This document shows, in pieces, positions 28,035 to 37,806 of a stretch of 64,000 nt of DNA. The stretch spans positions 32,001 through 96,000 of the forward strand of contig CAVXXK010000015.1 in NCBI GenBank assembly GCA_963765675.1, given 5' to 3'. The notes under the pieces were generated by a model, which ran no database searches, was not told the DNA's origin, and saw only the letters and a list, made by a program, of their open reading frames with translations. The DNA comes from an uncultured delta proteobacterium. Its GTDB lineage: Bacteria > Desulfobacterota > Binatia > Binatales > Binataceae. The position numbers and the translations under genes were made by a program. Position 1 is the stretch's first letter. Every line of letters starts with the position of its first letter.

Positions 28035-29708
28035 ATGATCCATCGCACCGATTGTCCGCCAACGAACCGGCGCTCCGCTCTGCTGCTGATTTTTCTCGCG
28101 GTTGTATTTGCGCGCCCTGCGGTTGCCGCGCAGACGCTGTATGTCGTCGATATCAATGACGCATCGGTCAAGATTTTTTCGACTTCAGCGAGCGGCAATG
28201 TTGCGCCGAATGGCACGATCAAGTCAATTTCATTCGGCACCTTGGGGCCGCATTACATCGCGCTCGACGCATCGAGGAACATGTGGATCTCGGACTCCAC
28301 TAACAACGCGATCTACGAGTTCCCCGCGAGGACTGCCGGCACGCCCCACACAGGAGCGGCTGCGCACATGTTCGTCGGCCTGGACACTTCGCTCAGCTCA
28401 CCGCATGGCATAATTTTCGACACGGTAGGCAACTTGTGGGGAGTCAATTGGACCGGGAATTCGATATTCGAGTACTCGGCTGCGCAAATCGCCACTCTAC
28501 TGGCCGGCGGTATCAGCGATGTTGCACCGGCTGTCACGATTTCCGGCCGGCGCACGCGAATGAACAACGCGTACGGCATCGCGATCGACTCGACCGGCAG
28601 GATCGTCGTCACTAACCAGACAGTTGGCGGTCTCATCAACGTTTACTCGGCGGGCTCATCGGGCAACGCCGCGCCTGTTTTCCAGATCACCTCGACCGCG
28701 ATCGCGAATGGTGAATACGGTCTGACGCTCGACAGCTTGGGAGATTACTGGGTCGCCGCTGTGCCAACCACCGGGAACCTTGGCCAGATTTTGAAGTTCA
28801 ATCCATCGAGTTGCAGCACCGGAACCTGCACGCTGAGTCCGATCCTCTCAATTTCGGGTGGAACGGTAGTGACTCCGGTCGGAATCGCGGTCGATGCATC
28901 GGGAGATATCTGGGCCGGAAATCCCGCGGGGAATGTGAAGATCAAATTTGTCAATCAGAGCGCGGCCTTCAACAACGGAGGCGAAAGCTGCTCGGGTTCG
29001 ATAACCAGCGGTTCCTACACCTCGAGCGCCGGAAATATGTTGGCGATCATGATCGAAACGCAAGGGACTACCAGTCCTACTATCAGTGGCGTAACCAACA
29101 GTAACGGCGACAAATGCCCCGCCGATGCCTCCCAGGAGGCTGGCAGCTCGGCACTGCGGCAAGCGATTCATCTGTGCCCCAATGTAACGTCCGGCGCTCG
29201 CACCGTGACGGTTAACTATACTGGCGGTGCGGGGACTTGTTATGTCTCGGGGCTCATAACCGAGTTTTCCGGATTCCCGTCGGCTGGAGCGCACTTCGAC
29301 CAGAAAGCGACGGCGAATTTCACTTCTCTGCTCAATACGGGTGCAACGGGGACGATGCAGAACTCCAATGAACTCGTTTTAGCGATGGGACAGATCTACG
29401 ATGCTGGTGGCGCATCATTCACGGATGGTCCTGCGCTCGGCTATGTAGCGCTGAACGGCGACAGTTTGAACTCGGGCAAGAACAAAACCGCGAACGCCTA
29501 TTACATCGAGACTGCGAATCCCAAGACGACGAGCACCAGTTGGACGGTGACTGCGACGGCTGGACGGGCATCGGTGTTCACTCTTTCTCCGGTTCCGAAT
29601 ATCAGTTCCTACGACAGCACCACGGGCGCATTGCTTTCGACAATTAGCGGAGACAAGACAACTCTCTACGCACCGCACGGCCTCGCTTTCGTCCCGCCGA
29701 CCCAGTAG
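28035..29708 (+). CDS. Secreted NHL-type beta-propeller protein with an inserted beta-rich domain
   Basis: Signal peptide ending PAVAA-QTLYVVD; blades IALDAS.NMWI, IIFDTVGNLW, IAIDSTG.I, LTLDSLGDYW and IAVDASGDIW; clear paralog of the propellers in 24498-27928. Confidence 0.85.
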   Translation: MIHRTDCPPTNRRSALLLIFLAVVFARPAVAAQTLYVVDINDASVKIFSTSASGNVAPNGTIKSISFGTLGPHYIALDASRNMWISDSTNNAIYEFPARTAGTPHTGAAAHMFVGLDTSLSSPHGIIFDTVGNLWGVNWTGNSIFEYSAAQIATLLAGGISDVAPAVTISGRRTRMNNAYGIAIDSTGRIVVTNQTVGGLINVYSAGSSGNAAPVFQITSTAIANGEYGLTLDSLGDYWVAAVPTTGNLGQILKFNPSSCSTGTCTLSPILSISGGTVVTPVGIAVDASGDIWAGNPAGNVKIKFVNQSAAFNNGGESCSGSITSGSYTSSAGNMLAIMIETQGTTSPTISGVTNSNGDKCPADASQEAGSSALRQAIHLCPNVTSGARTVTVNYTGGAGTCYVSGLITEFSGFPSAGAHFDQKATANFTSLLNTGATGTMQNSNELVLAMGQIYDAGGASFTDGPALGYVALNGDSLNSGKNKTANAYYIETANPKTTSTSWTVTATAGRASVFTLSPVPNISSYDSTTGALLSTISGDKTTLYAPHGLAFVPPTQ

Positions 29709-29784
29709 CGATTGATTTGGGCAGGGTGAGCGAAGAGCGCGATATTTCCGGCGCAGGATGCGCCAGCACGGATTGGAATGTCGA

Positions 29785-30642
29785 ATGACCACAATGCGTG
29801 AAAACTCATTGACGGAGGTCCGTGTTGAAACTCTGGTCGCGGAGGCGGTCCAAGCGGCACGAGAGTTTGTGGCTGAGCATTTTCCTGACTGTGCCGCGGC
29901 GGTGCTGTTTGGGAGCTTTGCGCATGGAGATCCAGCCGAGAATTCTGACCTGGACCTTCTCATTATCGAGCGGGGAAGGATCAGACGTTATCAGCGGCAC
30001 TTCCGAGAGCGTGATTGGTTTATTGATGTGACGGCCCTCTCACTTCGGCTGTGCACGAAACGCCTGCTCCGAAAGAATCCCTGCTGGCATCATCGCGATC
30101 CCGATTTCCCTCTCCTCATCGCCTGTGCGAGAGGAACCGAGTTAAAGGATGACCGCGGAATTATCCGAGAGCTGAGGCACGCGGCCAAACTAGTTCTGGA
30201 GAATGGCCCGGTTCCGCTGACCGCGCAGGAGATTTCAAACTACCGTTGGCTGATCACTGAAGGCTTGGAGGATTTTGTTGATGCTGAGGACCGCGCAGAA
30301 GCGTGGTTCACAGCTTTTCAAACAGTAATCGAGACCTCACGGTTCCTGTTGGGATACAACCGTCAGTGGACGCTGGAAGATCCGAGGTGGGTTTACCGCA
30401 ATATACGAAACTATGATCATGTGTTAGCTCGCGAACTTCTGGACGGTTTGGAGCGCTATAGCCGTAGTGATGATCGCGCTCAACTTGCGAGGCCGGTCGA
30501 ATCCATCCTGAACCTTGCCGGCGGCAAACTATACCGGGATAGCGACACAGCCTATCCGACAACGGCAATACAACAGGTTCTTCAGCATCCCTTCTACCTC
30601 ACCAAAAAGGCGGTCACGCTGGCACGCCGTGCTCTATCATGA
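29785..30642 (+). CDS. Pol-beta superfamily nucleotidyltransferase (KNTase-like), paralog 2
   Basis: VLFGSFAHG....NSDLDLLII and IDVT motifs; aligns end to end with 23349-24281; start uncertain (29758-29794). Confidence 0.85.
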   Translation: MTTMRENSLTEVRVETLVAEAVQAAREFVAEHFPDCAAAVLFGSFAHGDPAENSDLDLLIIERGRIRRYQRHFRERDWFIDVTALSLRLCTKRLLRKNPCWHHRDPDFPLLIACARGTELKDDRGIIRELRHAAKLVLENGPVPLTAQEISNYRWLITEGLEDFVDAEDRAEAWFTAFQTVIETSRFLLGYNRQWTLEDPRWVYRNIRNYDHVLARELLDGLERYSRSDDRAQLARPVESILNLAGGKLYRDSDTAYPTTAIQQVLQHPFYLTKKAVTLARRALS

Positions 30643-30703
30643 AAGCTGACGACGGGAACTCCGCCGGCAATAGACTATACCGGGACTTTGCGATCGAGAT
30701 GCG

Positions 30704-31537
30704 ATGACTGACAAACAACAGAAGCGAGGTGGTCAACCTCGCCTACCAATACTCCTCTACCACAACGTCAGGCCGCTTCGGGTCAAGGATCCTTTCGGCT
30801 TGAGCGTTGCGCCTGACCAGTTCGAGCGGCAGATGCATTGGATAGCGAATCACGGGTATCAAACCATTTGGCCCTCAGATTGGCTTGCGGCGATGCGCGC
30901 AGGCACGCCGCTTTCCGAAAAGGCGGTCATGTTGACGTTCGATGACGGATACGCGGACTTGGTCGAGCATGCATTACCAGTTCTTCGGCGCTACGGATTG
31001 AAGGCCGCAGCTTACGTGGTGACGAAGCGGGTTGGTCTCACTAACACCTGGGATGAGGTGAACGGCCTCCGAACGATGCGCCTGATGAACGCAGACCAAA
31101 TTCGTGAATCGGCAGAGCAGGGTATCGAATTCGGCTCTCATACCCGCACTCATCCGCACCTCACCTCGCTGGACGAGCAGCGGCTCACTGATGAGATCGA
31201 GGGCAGCAGGGACGACCTGCAAACTCTTCTCGGAGGCGAGGTGCTGTCATTCGCCTACCCCTTTGGCGATGGCGCCCAGAGTAGCAATGTTCGCGAACAT
31301 TTGATCCGCACCTACCAACTCGGAATGACAATCTTCGAAGGGCTCAACTCGATCGAAACAAATCCTTACGAACTGCGCAGATTAGCGATTCTGCCAAGCG
31401 ATTCTCTACAGGTTTTTGAGCGCAAACTGCACTTCGAGAAAAGCCTCGTAACCCGGCTGCGCGAGCTTCTGCCCCGGCCCATCCGGGCTGCCGCGAGGAT
31501 GGGTCGACGCGCGCTATCCGAGCGCCTGGGGCAGTGA
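30704..31537 (+). CDS. Polysaccharide deacetylase (CE4, IcaB/PgaB-like subtype), no signal peptide
   Basis: PILLYH, F..QM.WI, LTFDDGY, GSHTRTH and FAYPFG motifs. Confidence 0.92.
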   Translation: MTDKQQKRGGQPRLPILLYHNVRPLRVKDPFGLSVAPDQFERQMHWIANHGYQTIWPSDWLAAMRAGTPLSEKAVMLTFDDGYADLVEHALPVLRRYGLKAAAYVVTKRVGLTNTWDEVNGLRTMRLMNADQIRESAEQGIEFGSHTRTHPHLTSLDEQRLTDEIEGSRDDLQTLLGGEVLSFAYPFGDGAQSSNVREHLIRTYQLGMTIFEGLNSIETNPYELRRLAILPSDSLQVFERKLHFEKSLVTRLRELLPRPIRAAARMGRRALSERLGQ

Positions 31538-31613
31538 GACGCCCAAGAGGGTCCCTTGTTCGTCACACCCTGTCAGACCGGCTTTATCATCGCTCCGCAC
31601 TTTGAGCTCCGTC

Positions 31614-32603
31614 ATGTCTGACGCAGAAGTTCTCGCAAACCAATCACGAGTCTCTGTCGGCGAGACTTGCCCGCGCGTGTCCGTGATCATTCCAGTTTAT
31701 AACGGCGCGGACACGTTGGCGCGCGCGATCGATAGCGCGCTGGCGCAGACCTATACCGGCGGGATCGAGATCATCGTGGCCAACAATGGCTCGACCGATG
31801 GTACCGGCGAGATCATCGAGCGGTACGGCGACAGGATTGCCGCGATCGATGAACCAAAGCCTGGACAGTCGTCGGCTCGCAATGCAGCCGTCAACCGCGC
31901 GCGCGGCGAGTACATCGCCTTTCTGGACGCGGACGACGAATGGTTGCCGGAAAAACTCGCGCGGACCGTTCCGGTGCTAGATGAAAATCCGGGATGCGTG
32001 CTCGTGTATCACGACGCTTTCGGTGTGGACGTTGACGGAATAATCCGTTGCGATACGTACAATCCCCCATCAAATCCGTCGCTCGGCGACTTGCTTGCGG
32101 GCGCAGATATTTTGACCAGTTGCGCAGTGATGCGCCGGGAGATCTACTTGCGATGCAACGGGTGCCGCGAGGATCTGAACTACGCGGAAGATATCTTCCT
32201 ATGGTTGCAGGCGCGTGAATGCGGACCGTTCCGGTTCGTTCCTGCCGCGCTTACCCGTTATCTATTCGTGCTGACATCCGGACGGGAAGAAAAATATCTG
32301 AACGCCACGGTCGTATATGAGCGGCTGGTACGTGAACGCTACGGCGTCAAAGTCTCGAACGTCCGCAATCTTCTGGACTTATTTGGCTTGGTGCACATGG
32401 CGCGCGGCGAACGGGCACTGGCGCGCCAGCGCTACCTCGGTGCCTTGCGTCACGGCCCTGCTGATCTGCGGATCCATGCCCGCCTGCTCTGGACCTTCGT
32501 GCCCCCGCCGATTGTGCGCGCCTCTGGTCTAATAATGCCGCGGCGGATCGCTCGTGCGTTAAATGGTCCTCCGCGAGGATACCTGCAATGTATCGCGTTG
32601 TGA
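31614..32603 (+). CDS. Glycosyltransferase family 2
   Basis: VSVIIPVYNG, NNGSTD, ARN, IAFLDADD.W.PEKL and AED motifs. Confidence 0.92.
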   Translation: MSDAEVLANQSRVSVGETCPRVSVIIPVYNGADTLARAIDSALAQTYTGGIEIIVANNGSTDGTGEIIERYGDRIAAIDEPKPGQSSARNAAVNRARGEYIAFLDADDEWLPEKLARTVPVLDENPGCVLVYHDAFGVDVDGIIRCDTYNPPSNPSLGDLLAGADILTSCAVMRREIYLRCNGCREDLNYAEDIFLWLQARECGPFRFVPAALTRYLFVLTSGREEKYLNATVVYERLVRERYGVKVSNVRNLLDLFGLVHMARGERALARQRYLGALRHGPADLRIHARLLWTFVPPPIVRASGLIMPRRIARALNGPPRGYLQCIAL

Positions 32604-32651
32604 GCGGAATCGGCACGCGTCACTTGCAAAGCCGAGGGAGAATCTCCGCAG

Positions 32652-33596
32652 TTGAGAAGTAATCCAAGCGTGTCTGTGATCATCCCGGTCTACAACGGCG
32701 CGGCAACGCTGGCGGGCGCAATCGATAGCGCACTTGCTCAAACCTACGCCAACGGTGTCGAGATCATCGTCATCGACAACGGTTCGACCGATGGAACTGC
32801 GAAAGTGATCGAATCCTACAAGGATCGGATCATCGCGCTGCAGGAACCGGCTCGGGGAGTGGCGCGGGCACGCAACACTGGTGTTGCCGCCGCGCACGGA
32901 AAATATCTCGCGTTCCTCGATGCGGACGACCAGTGGATGCCGGAAAAGCTCGCGCGAGTTGTGCCACTGCTTGATGACGATCCCGAATGCGTACTCGCCT
33001 ATCACGACGGAATGGTGAGAGATACCGATGGAACGATTGTTCAAACCACGGCGTGGCCAGACGGTCAGTGCGCCGCACCATCGCTTGACTATCTGATCAG
33101 GTACTCGGGACCCGGTCTCCCGATTCTCTTCGATTCTGTCGTGCTACGGCGCGACATCTTCGACCGCGTGGGCGGATTTGATGCGCAGCTCGAGTCTGCC
33201 GAAGACGTGTGGCTTCAGATCAAGGCACGCGAGATCGGTCACTTTTGTTATTTGTCGGAGCCTCTGGTGATGCGCCAGCAGGGGAGCAGCCCCTCACGGG
33301 AAAATTGGTACATAGCGGGGGCGTACAGGCTCCGCACATTGATTCGCGAACGCTATGGCTCAAAGGTTGACACCCGCCACCTGGAAGTTGTCCTGAAATG
33401 GGCCGCCCTGGAAGCACTTCGCCGCGATGAACGGTCGCTGGCGCGCCGTCGTTACTTGACCGCGGCGATCCAGCGCCCCCTGCAAATCAAGAGTTGGATC
33501 GGGCTCATCGCGACATTTTTTCCTTTGAGTTTGATCAACGCTCTGGCGCCTTCCCGGGTTGCGCAGCCTCTTGCCGCCAGCCGCAGCGGTGACTAA
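32652..33596 (+). CDS. Glycosyltransferase family 2 (paralog of 31614)
   Basis: VSVIIPVYNG, DNGSTD, LAFLDADD.W.PEKL and AEDVWL motifs. Confidence 0.92.
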   Translation: MRSNPSVSVIIPVYNGAATLAGAIDSALAQTYANGVEIIVIDNGSTDGTAKVIESYKDRIIALQEPARGVARARNTGVAAAHGKYLAFLDADDQWMPEKLARVVPLLDDDPECVLAYHDGMVRDTDGTIVQTTAWPDGQCAAPSLDYLIRYSGPGLPILFDSVVLRRDIFDRVGGFDAQLESAEDVWLQIKAREIGHFCYLSEPLVMRQQGSSPSRENWYIAGAYRLRTLIRERYGSKVDTRHLEVVLKWAALEALRRDERSLARRRYLTAAIQRPLQIKSWIGLIATFFPLSLINALAPSRVAQPLAASRSGD

Positions 33597-33654
33597 CAGC
33601 GGTCAAAGCGTAGTCGCCGCCGCCATTTCGGCAGCCAGCTTGGGTACTAACTGA

Positions 33655-35211
33655 GTGATAAATCGAGAATCGGTCATAGGCAGCGACGGTGGACTGGCCA
33701 GCGGCCGGCTTCTGGTGCGCAATGTTTTCTGGAACGGCGTCGGGGAGGTCGGTCCGCTCATCGCCGCATTCATTGCGATGCCGATCCTGATTAATCAACT
33801 CGGTACCGAACGCTTTGGAATGATCGCGCTGGCATGGACCGTATTCAGTTATTTCAGCCTGTTCGATATCGGGATTTCTTCGGCCTTGACCAAGCTTGCG
33901 AGCGATCGACTCGCTGTACATGCCGACGACGCAATCCCGGAGCTGATCGGCACCTCGCTCTTCCTGATGACGGCGCTGGGCCTGCTCGGCTCGGTGTTAT
34001 TGGGTTTGTTTACACCCATGCTGGTGGGGGATCTCTTCAAGGTTCCAGCCGGGCTGCAGATCGAGGCGACCGGCGCATTTCATCTGCTCGTAATCGCACT
34101 CCCGATTTGTCTGACTCTGACCGCATTCACGGCAACATTGGCGGCTTATCAACGCTTCGACCTGATCAATCTGGTGCAGAGTCCAAATGCGATGTTCTCG
34201 TCACTGGGGCCGCTCGCGGTGCTGCCTTTCTCGCACAGTATCGTGCCGATTATCGGGATATTGGTGGTCGGCCACGCGGTTACGTGGTTTGTGTATTTCG
34301 CTATGTGTATTCGCGCGGTACCGCGAATGGTGTCGCGGATGCGGATACGGGCGGCGATGATTCCGGAATTGATCGGCTTCGGCGCATGGGCGGCGGGCTC
34401 GAATATGATCGGCATGCTGGGGGGAAGCCTCGATCGTTTCGTCCTGGCCTCGATGGCCTCGATGACGGCACTGACCTACTACGTGGTGCCCGCGCGCATC
34501 CTGCACAAACTCCGCATTCTTCCCGGCATCGTCACGCGTGTGATGTTTCCGGCGCTAACCTACAGCCTGGCGCAAGATCGCCCGCAGAGCCGAATCCTGT
34601 TCGAGCGTGGTGCCAAGACTTTGTTCGTGATCATGTTCCCCATCGCTCTGGTTACGGTCGCGTTCGCGCACGAGCTTTTGAGTGTGTGGATCGGTCCGGG
34701 ATTCGCGGGGCATACCGCGGTGCTGGTTCAATTGCTGGTGGTGGCCGCGCTGATCGAGTCGCTCGGCCGGATGCCCGGCTCCCTGCTGTGGGCGGCTCAT
34801 CGTCCTGATCTGAGCGCGAAGATCCAGGTTGTCGAGCAGCCAATTTACTTTGTTTTCATGTTCGTGATGGTTTATCTGCACGGAGCCTTGGGCGCCGCGA
34901 TTGCTTGCGCGGTCCGCTCCGGCGCGGGAACCGCGGCTTACTGGATTGTTGCGCGAACGGTTCTTCCTGACGTCGCTCGCGGCGGCCGGCGGCTTGGATG
35001 GTTCGCACTGGCGGCGGGAGTCGGATTGGCGATCGTCGCTGTGCCATCGCCGCTGGAAATACGCATCGGACTTGTTTGCGCCGAGCTTGTGATCCTGGCG
35101 GTGGCAGCGTGGCATGGCCTGCTTGACGGTGACGACCGCGCGGTGCTGATGCGGTCGATTTGGGGTTTGGCCGAACCCGCGCCAATTCGTTCCGGCGAGG
35201 CCGTGCAGTGA
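33655..35211 (+). CDS. wzx: Wzx-type polysaccharide flippase
   Basis: LVRNVFWN...P.LI..LG.E.FG...FDIGIS and LDRFVL......YY motifs; about 14 TMs. Confidence 0.9.
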   Translation: MINRESVIGSDGGLASGRLLVRNVFWNGVGEVGPLIAAFIAMPILINQLGTERFGMIALAWTVFSYFSLFDIGISSALTKLASDRLAVHADDAIPELIGTSLFLMTALGLLGSVLLGLFTPMLVGDLFKVPAGLQIEATGAFHLLVIALPICLTLTAFTATLAAYQRFDLINLVQSPNAMFSSLGPLAVLPFSHSIVPIIGILVVGHAVTWFVYFAMCIRAVPRMVSRMRIRAAMIPELIGFGAWAAGSNMIGMLGGSLDRFVLASMASMTALTYYVVPARILHKLRILPGIVTRVMFPALTYSLAQDRPQSRILFERGAKTLFVIMFPIALVTVAFAHELLSVWIGPGFAGHTAVLVQLLVVAALIESLGRMPGSLLWAAHRPDLSAKIQVVEQPIYFVFMFVMVYLHGALGAAIACAVRSGAGTAAYWIVARTVLPDVARGGRRLGWFALAAGVGLAIVAVPSPLEIRIGLVCAELVILAVAAWHGLLDGDDRAVLMRSIWGLAEPAPIRSGEAVQ

Positions 35212-35275
35212 ATCCCGTCGTCTCGGTGATTATCCCGGTCCAAAGCGGCGTGCGCAGAGTTGGGGAAACTGGTCA

Positions 35276-36181
35276 ATGGTGTTCTCGCTCGTAGTTGCAA
35301 CCACCGGACGAACCGCGGAGCTGGAGCGGCTCCTCGATAGCCTGGCTCGCCAGACGCTGCGACAATTCGAATTGCTGGTGGTTGACCAAAATCCCGATGA
35401 CCGTCTGGTTCCCATCCTGCACGCGCATCAGGGCGATTACTCGATTCGTCACCTGCGTTCGGAGCTCGGCGTTTCGCGCGCCCGCAACGCCGGCTTGCGC
35501 GAGTGTTCAGGCCAGATCGTTGGGTTTCCGGACGACGACTGCTGGTATCTGCCTCAGACTCTCGAGCGCATTGCTCGCGAGTTTGAAGCGCGCCCCGATG
35601 CCGATGGTCTGACCGGTCCGTGCATCGATGAGAACGGTGCGATCCTGCGCCGCGGCCCGCGCTCCAGCGGATGGCTCACAAAGTACAATCTGTTCCCGCG
35701 CACGCATGCGTTTTCAACCTTTTTGCGACGCGAACGAATCTTACCGCTCGCCGGGTTCGATGAGACTTTGGGACCTGGAGCGGGAACCCCGTGGGGATCG
35801 GCTGAGGACCACGAGTACGTTGCCCGCGCACTGGAAGCTGGCTTGCGGATCTACTACGACCCGGCGCTCGGCGTCTGTCATCCCGATGCTCCGCATTCTT
35901 TTGACGACCGCGAGATCAGGAAGGAACGAGAATACTCGCGCGGCGGCGGAAGATTTATGCGAATGCATCGCTATTCGCGATGTTATTTCGGCTACCGGAT
36001 TGCGCGTGCCCTTGGTGGCGCTGCGTTGGGCGCGATTCGCGCCGATGGTCCCAAGGTTCGCTACCACCTGAACGGTGTGCTGGGAAAGTTGGAAGGATGG
36101 CGCCAAAGCGTGACCCAGATCGCGCCCGGTCCGCGAACGCAGCTCGCGGCGATGACGGCGAGACGAGGAACTGATCGATGA
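35276..36181 (+). CDS. Glycosyltransferase family 2
   Basis: FSLVVATTGR, VVDQN, GVSRARN, FPDDDC, FDETLGPG and SAED motifs. Confidence 0.92.
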   Translation: MVFSLVVATTGRTAELERLLDSLARQTLRQFELLVVDQNPDDRLVPILHAHQGDYSIRHLRSELGVSRARNAGLRECSGQIVGFPDDDCWYLPQTLERIAREFEARPDADGLTGPCIDENGAILRRGPRSSGWLTKYNLFPRTHAFSTFLRRERILPLAGFDETLGPGAGTPWGSAEDHEYVARALEAGLRIYYDPALGVCHPDAPHSFDDREIRKEREYSRGGGRFMRMHRYSRCYFGYRIARALGGAALGAIRADGPKVRYHLNGVLGKLEGWRQSVTQIAPGPRTQLAAMTARRGTDR

Positions 36182-37014
36182 AATTCTCGCTCGTCGTAGC
36201 AACCGTCGGACGGGTAGAGGAGTTCGGGAGATTTCTCGAGAGTCTTGAACGCCAAACCTACCGCGACTTTACAGTGCTTGTCGTCGATCAAAACCTCGAC
36301 GATCGGCTGGCGCCGTTGATTGCGCGCTTCGGAGAACGCTTCGATATCCGCCATCTGCGCTCCGAGCGCGGACTTTCGCGTGCGCGCAACGTCGCGCTTC
36401 CGCTCGCTACTGGAGAGGTCGTCGCGTTTCCCGATGACGATTGTGTATATCCGCCGGACCTGCTCGATCAGGTAGCGAGCCTGTTTGCCTCACGCTCTGA
36501 TCTCGACGGTGTTTCGGGGCGTTGTCTGACTCCGGAGGGCGCGCCGCGGGGCCGATGGCCATCGCGGCCCGTTCGGATCACCAAATACAACATCTTCGGG
36601 CGCTGTATCTCTTTTACGATGTTCCTGCGCCATGCCCTGGTCGATCAAATCGGACCGTTCGACGAGACGCTCGGGCTGGGCGCGAACACACCTTGGCTCG
36701 GCGCAGAAGACTACGACTATCTTCTTCGGGCCGCTCTGCAAGGTTCCGGAGTTTACTACGATCCCAGCATCGTCGTGGTTCATCCCGGCTTGACCACGGC
36801 GTACAGCGTTCTAGACCGGACCAAACGCTACGGAAACGCTCTCGGGTTCGGCCGTTTCCTCGCCAAGCATAAGTATCCATTGGCGTTTGTCACCTACTAC
36901 TCGGGGCGTTACTTCGCCGACGCAGTATTCAATTTCGCGACTGGCAGGGTCGCCAAGGCATCTTACCGATGGAGCACGCTGGTAGGGAATTTCGAAGGGT
37001 GGTTCGCGACGTGA
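36178..37014 (+). CDS. Glycosyltransferase family 2 (paralog of 35276)
   Basis: FSLVVATVGR, VVDQN, GLSRARN, FPDDDC, FDETLGLG and GAED motifs; ATGA overlap. Confidence 0.92.
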   Translation: MKFSLVVATVGRVEEFGRFLESLERQTYRDFTVLVVDQNLDDRLAPLIARFGERFDIRHLRSERGLSRARNVALPLATGEVVAFPDDDCVYPPDLLDQVASLFASRSDLDGVSGRCLTPEGAPRGRWPSRPVRITKYNIFGRCISFTMFLRHALVDQIGPFDETLGLGANTPWLGAEDYDYLLRAALQGSGVYYDPSIVVVHPGLTTAYSVLDRTKRYGNALGFGRFLAKHKYPLAFVTYYSGRYFADAVFNFATGRVAKASYRWSTLVGNFEGWFAT

Positions 37015-37775
37015 TTTCGCGCGCGAACATCCTGGGCGTCGGCGTCAGCGCGATCAACTTGCCGATTGCGCTCGACACGATCGATGACTGGATCGCGCGC
37101 CGCGATCCTAATTACGTCTGCGTCACGGGCGTCCACGGCGTGATGGAGAGCCATCGCTCGCCCGAGCTGCGCGAAATTCACAATCGCGCCGGAATGGTGA
37201 CCCCCGACGGGATGCCGCTGGTGTGGCTTTCCCGGCTGATGGGATTTCCCGAAGTCGCGCGAGTTTACGGTCCTGACCTGATGCTCGCGATCTGCGAGCG
37301 CTCGATCGTGCGGGGTTGGCGTCATTTCCTTTATGGCGGTGCGCCGGGTGTTCCTGAGCTTCTGGCCAGAAAACTATCCGAGCGGTTTGCGAGGATCGAG
37401 ATCGCCGGGATGTGCTCGCCGCCGTTTCGCCCGCTCAGCGCAGCCGAAGATCACGATATCGTCGGACGTATCAACGACTCCGGCGCCGATATCCTGTGGG
37501 TCGGGCTGAGCACGCCCAAGCAGGAGCGGTGGATGGCGGCACATCGTGAGTCGCTCAATGTTCCGGTGTTGGTCGGATGCGGCGCGGCTTTCGACTTCCA
37601 TGCCGGACTGAAGGCGCAGGCACCGCGCTGGATTCAGCGCAGTGGGCTCGAATGGATGTTCCGGCTCCTGTCGGAACCGCGGCGGCTGGGCCCGCGTTAC
37701 CTGGTCAATAATCCGTTGTTTGTGGGCCTGATCATTCGTCAGTTGCTTCGCCGCCGCGCGCTTCCGACCGAATAA
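37011..37775 (+). CDS. WecB/TagA/CpsF family glycosyltransferase (GT26)
   Basis: GTGA overlap; PDGMPLVW, RVYGPDLM, WVGLSTPKQE, GAAFDF and GLEWMFRLLSEPRRL motifs. Confidence 0.93.
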   Translation: MISRANILGVGVSAINLPIALDTIDDWIARRDPNYVCVTGVHGVMESHRSPELREIHNRAGMVTPDGMPLVWLSRLMGFPEVARVYGPDLMLAICERSIVRGWRHFLYGGAPGVPELLARKLSERFARIEIAGMCSPPFRPLSAAEDHDIVGRINDSGADILWVGLSTPKQERWMAAHRESLNVPVLVGCGAAFDFHAGLKAQAPRWIQRSGLEWMFRLLSEPRRLGPRYLVNNPLFVGLIIRQLLRRRALPTE

Positions 37776-37806
37776 CGCAATCCGAACTCGACAGGTTAAT
37801 TTATCT

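Noticed and set aside
24281-29785. Surface-protein cassette as a transposon or prophage
   Set aside because: No transposase, integrase, terminal inverted repeats or phage genes visible; the flanking paralogs are too diverged to be recent direct repeats
23349-30642. Nucleotidyltransferases as MNT-HEPN toxin-antitoxin or CBASS/defence enzymes
   Set aside because: About 300 aa with a KNTase-like helical C-domain; no adjacent HEPN toxin, Cap effector or CD-NTase features seen
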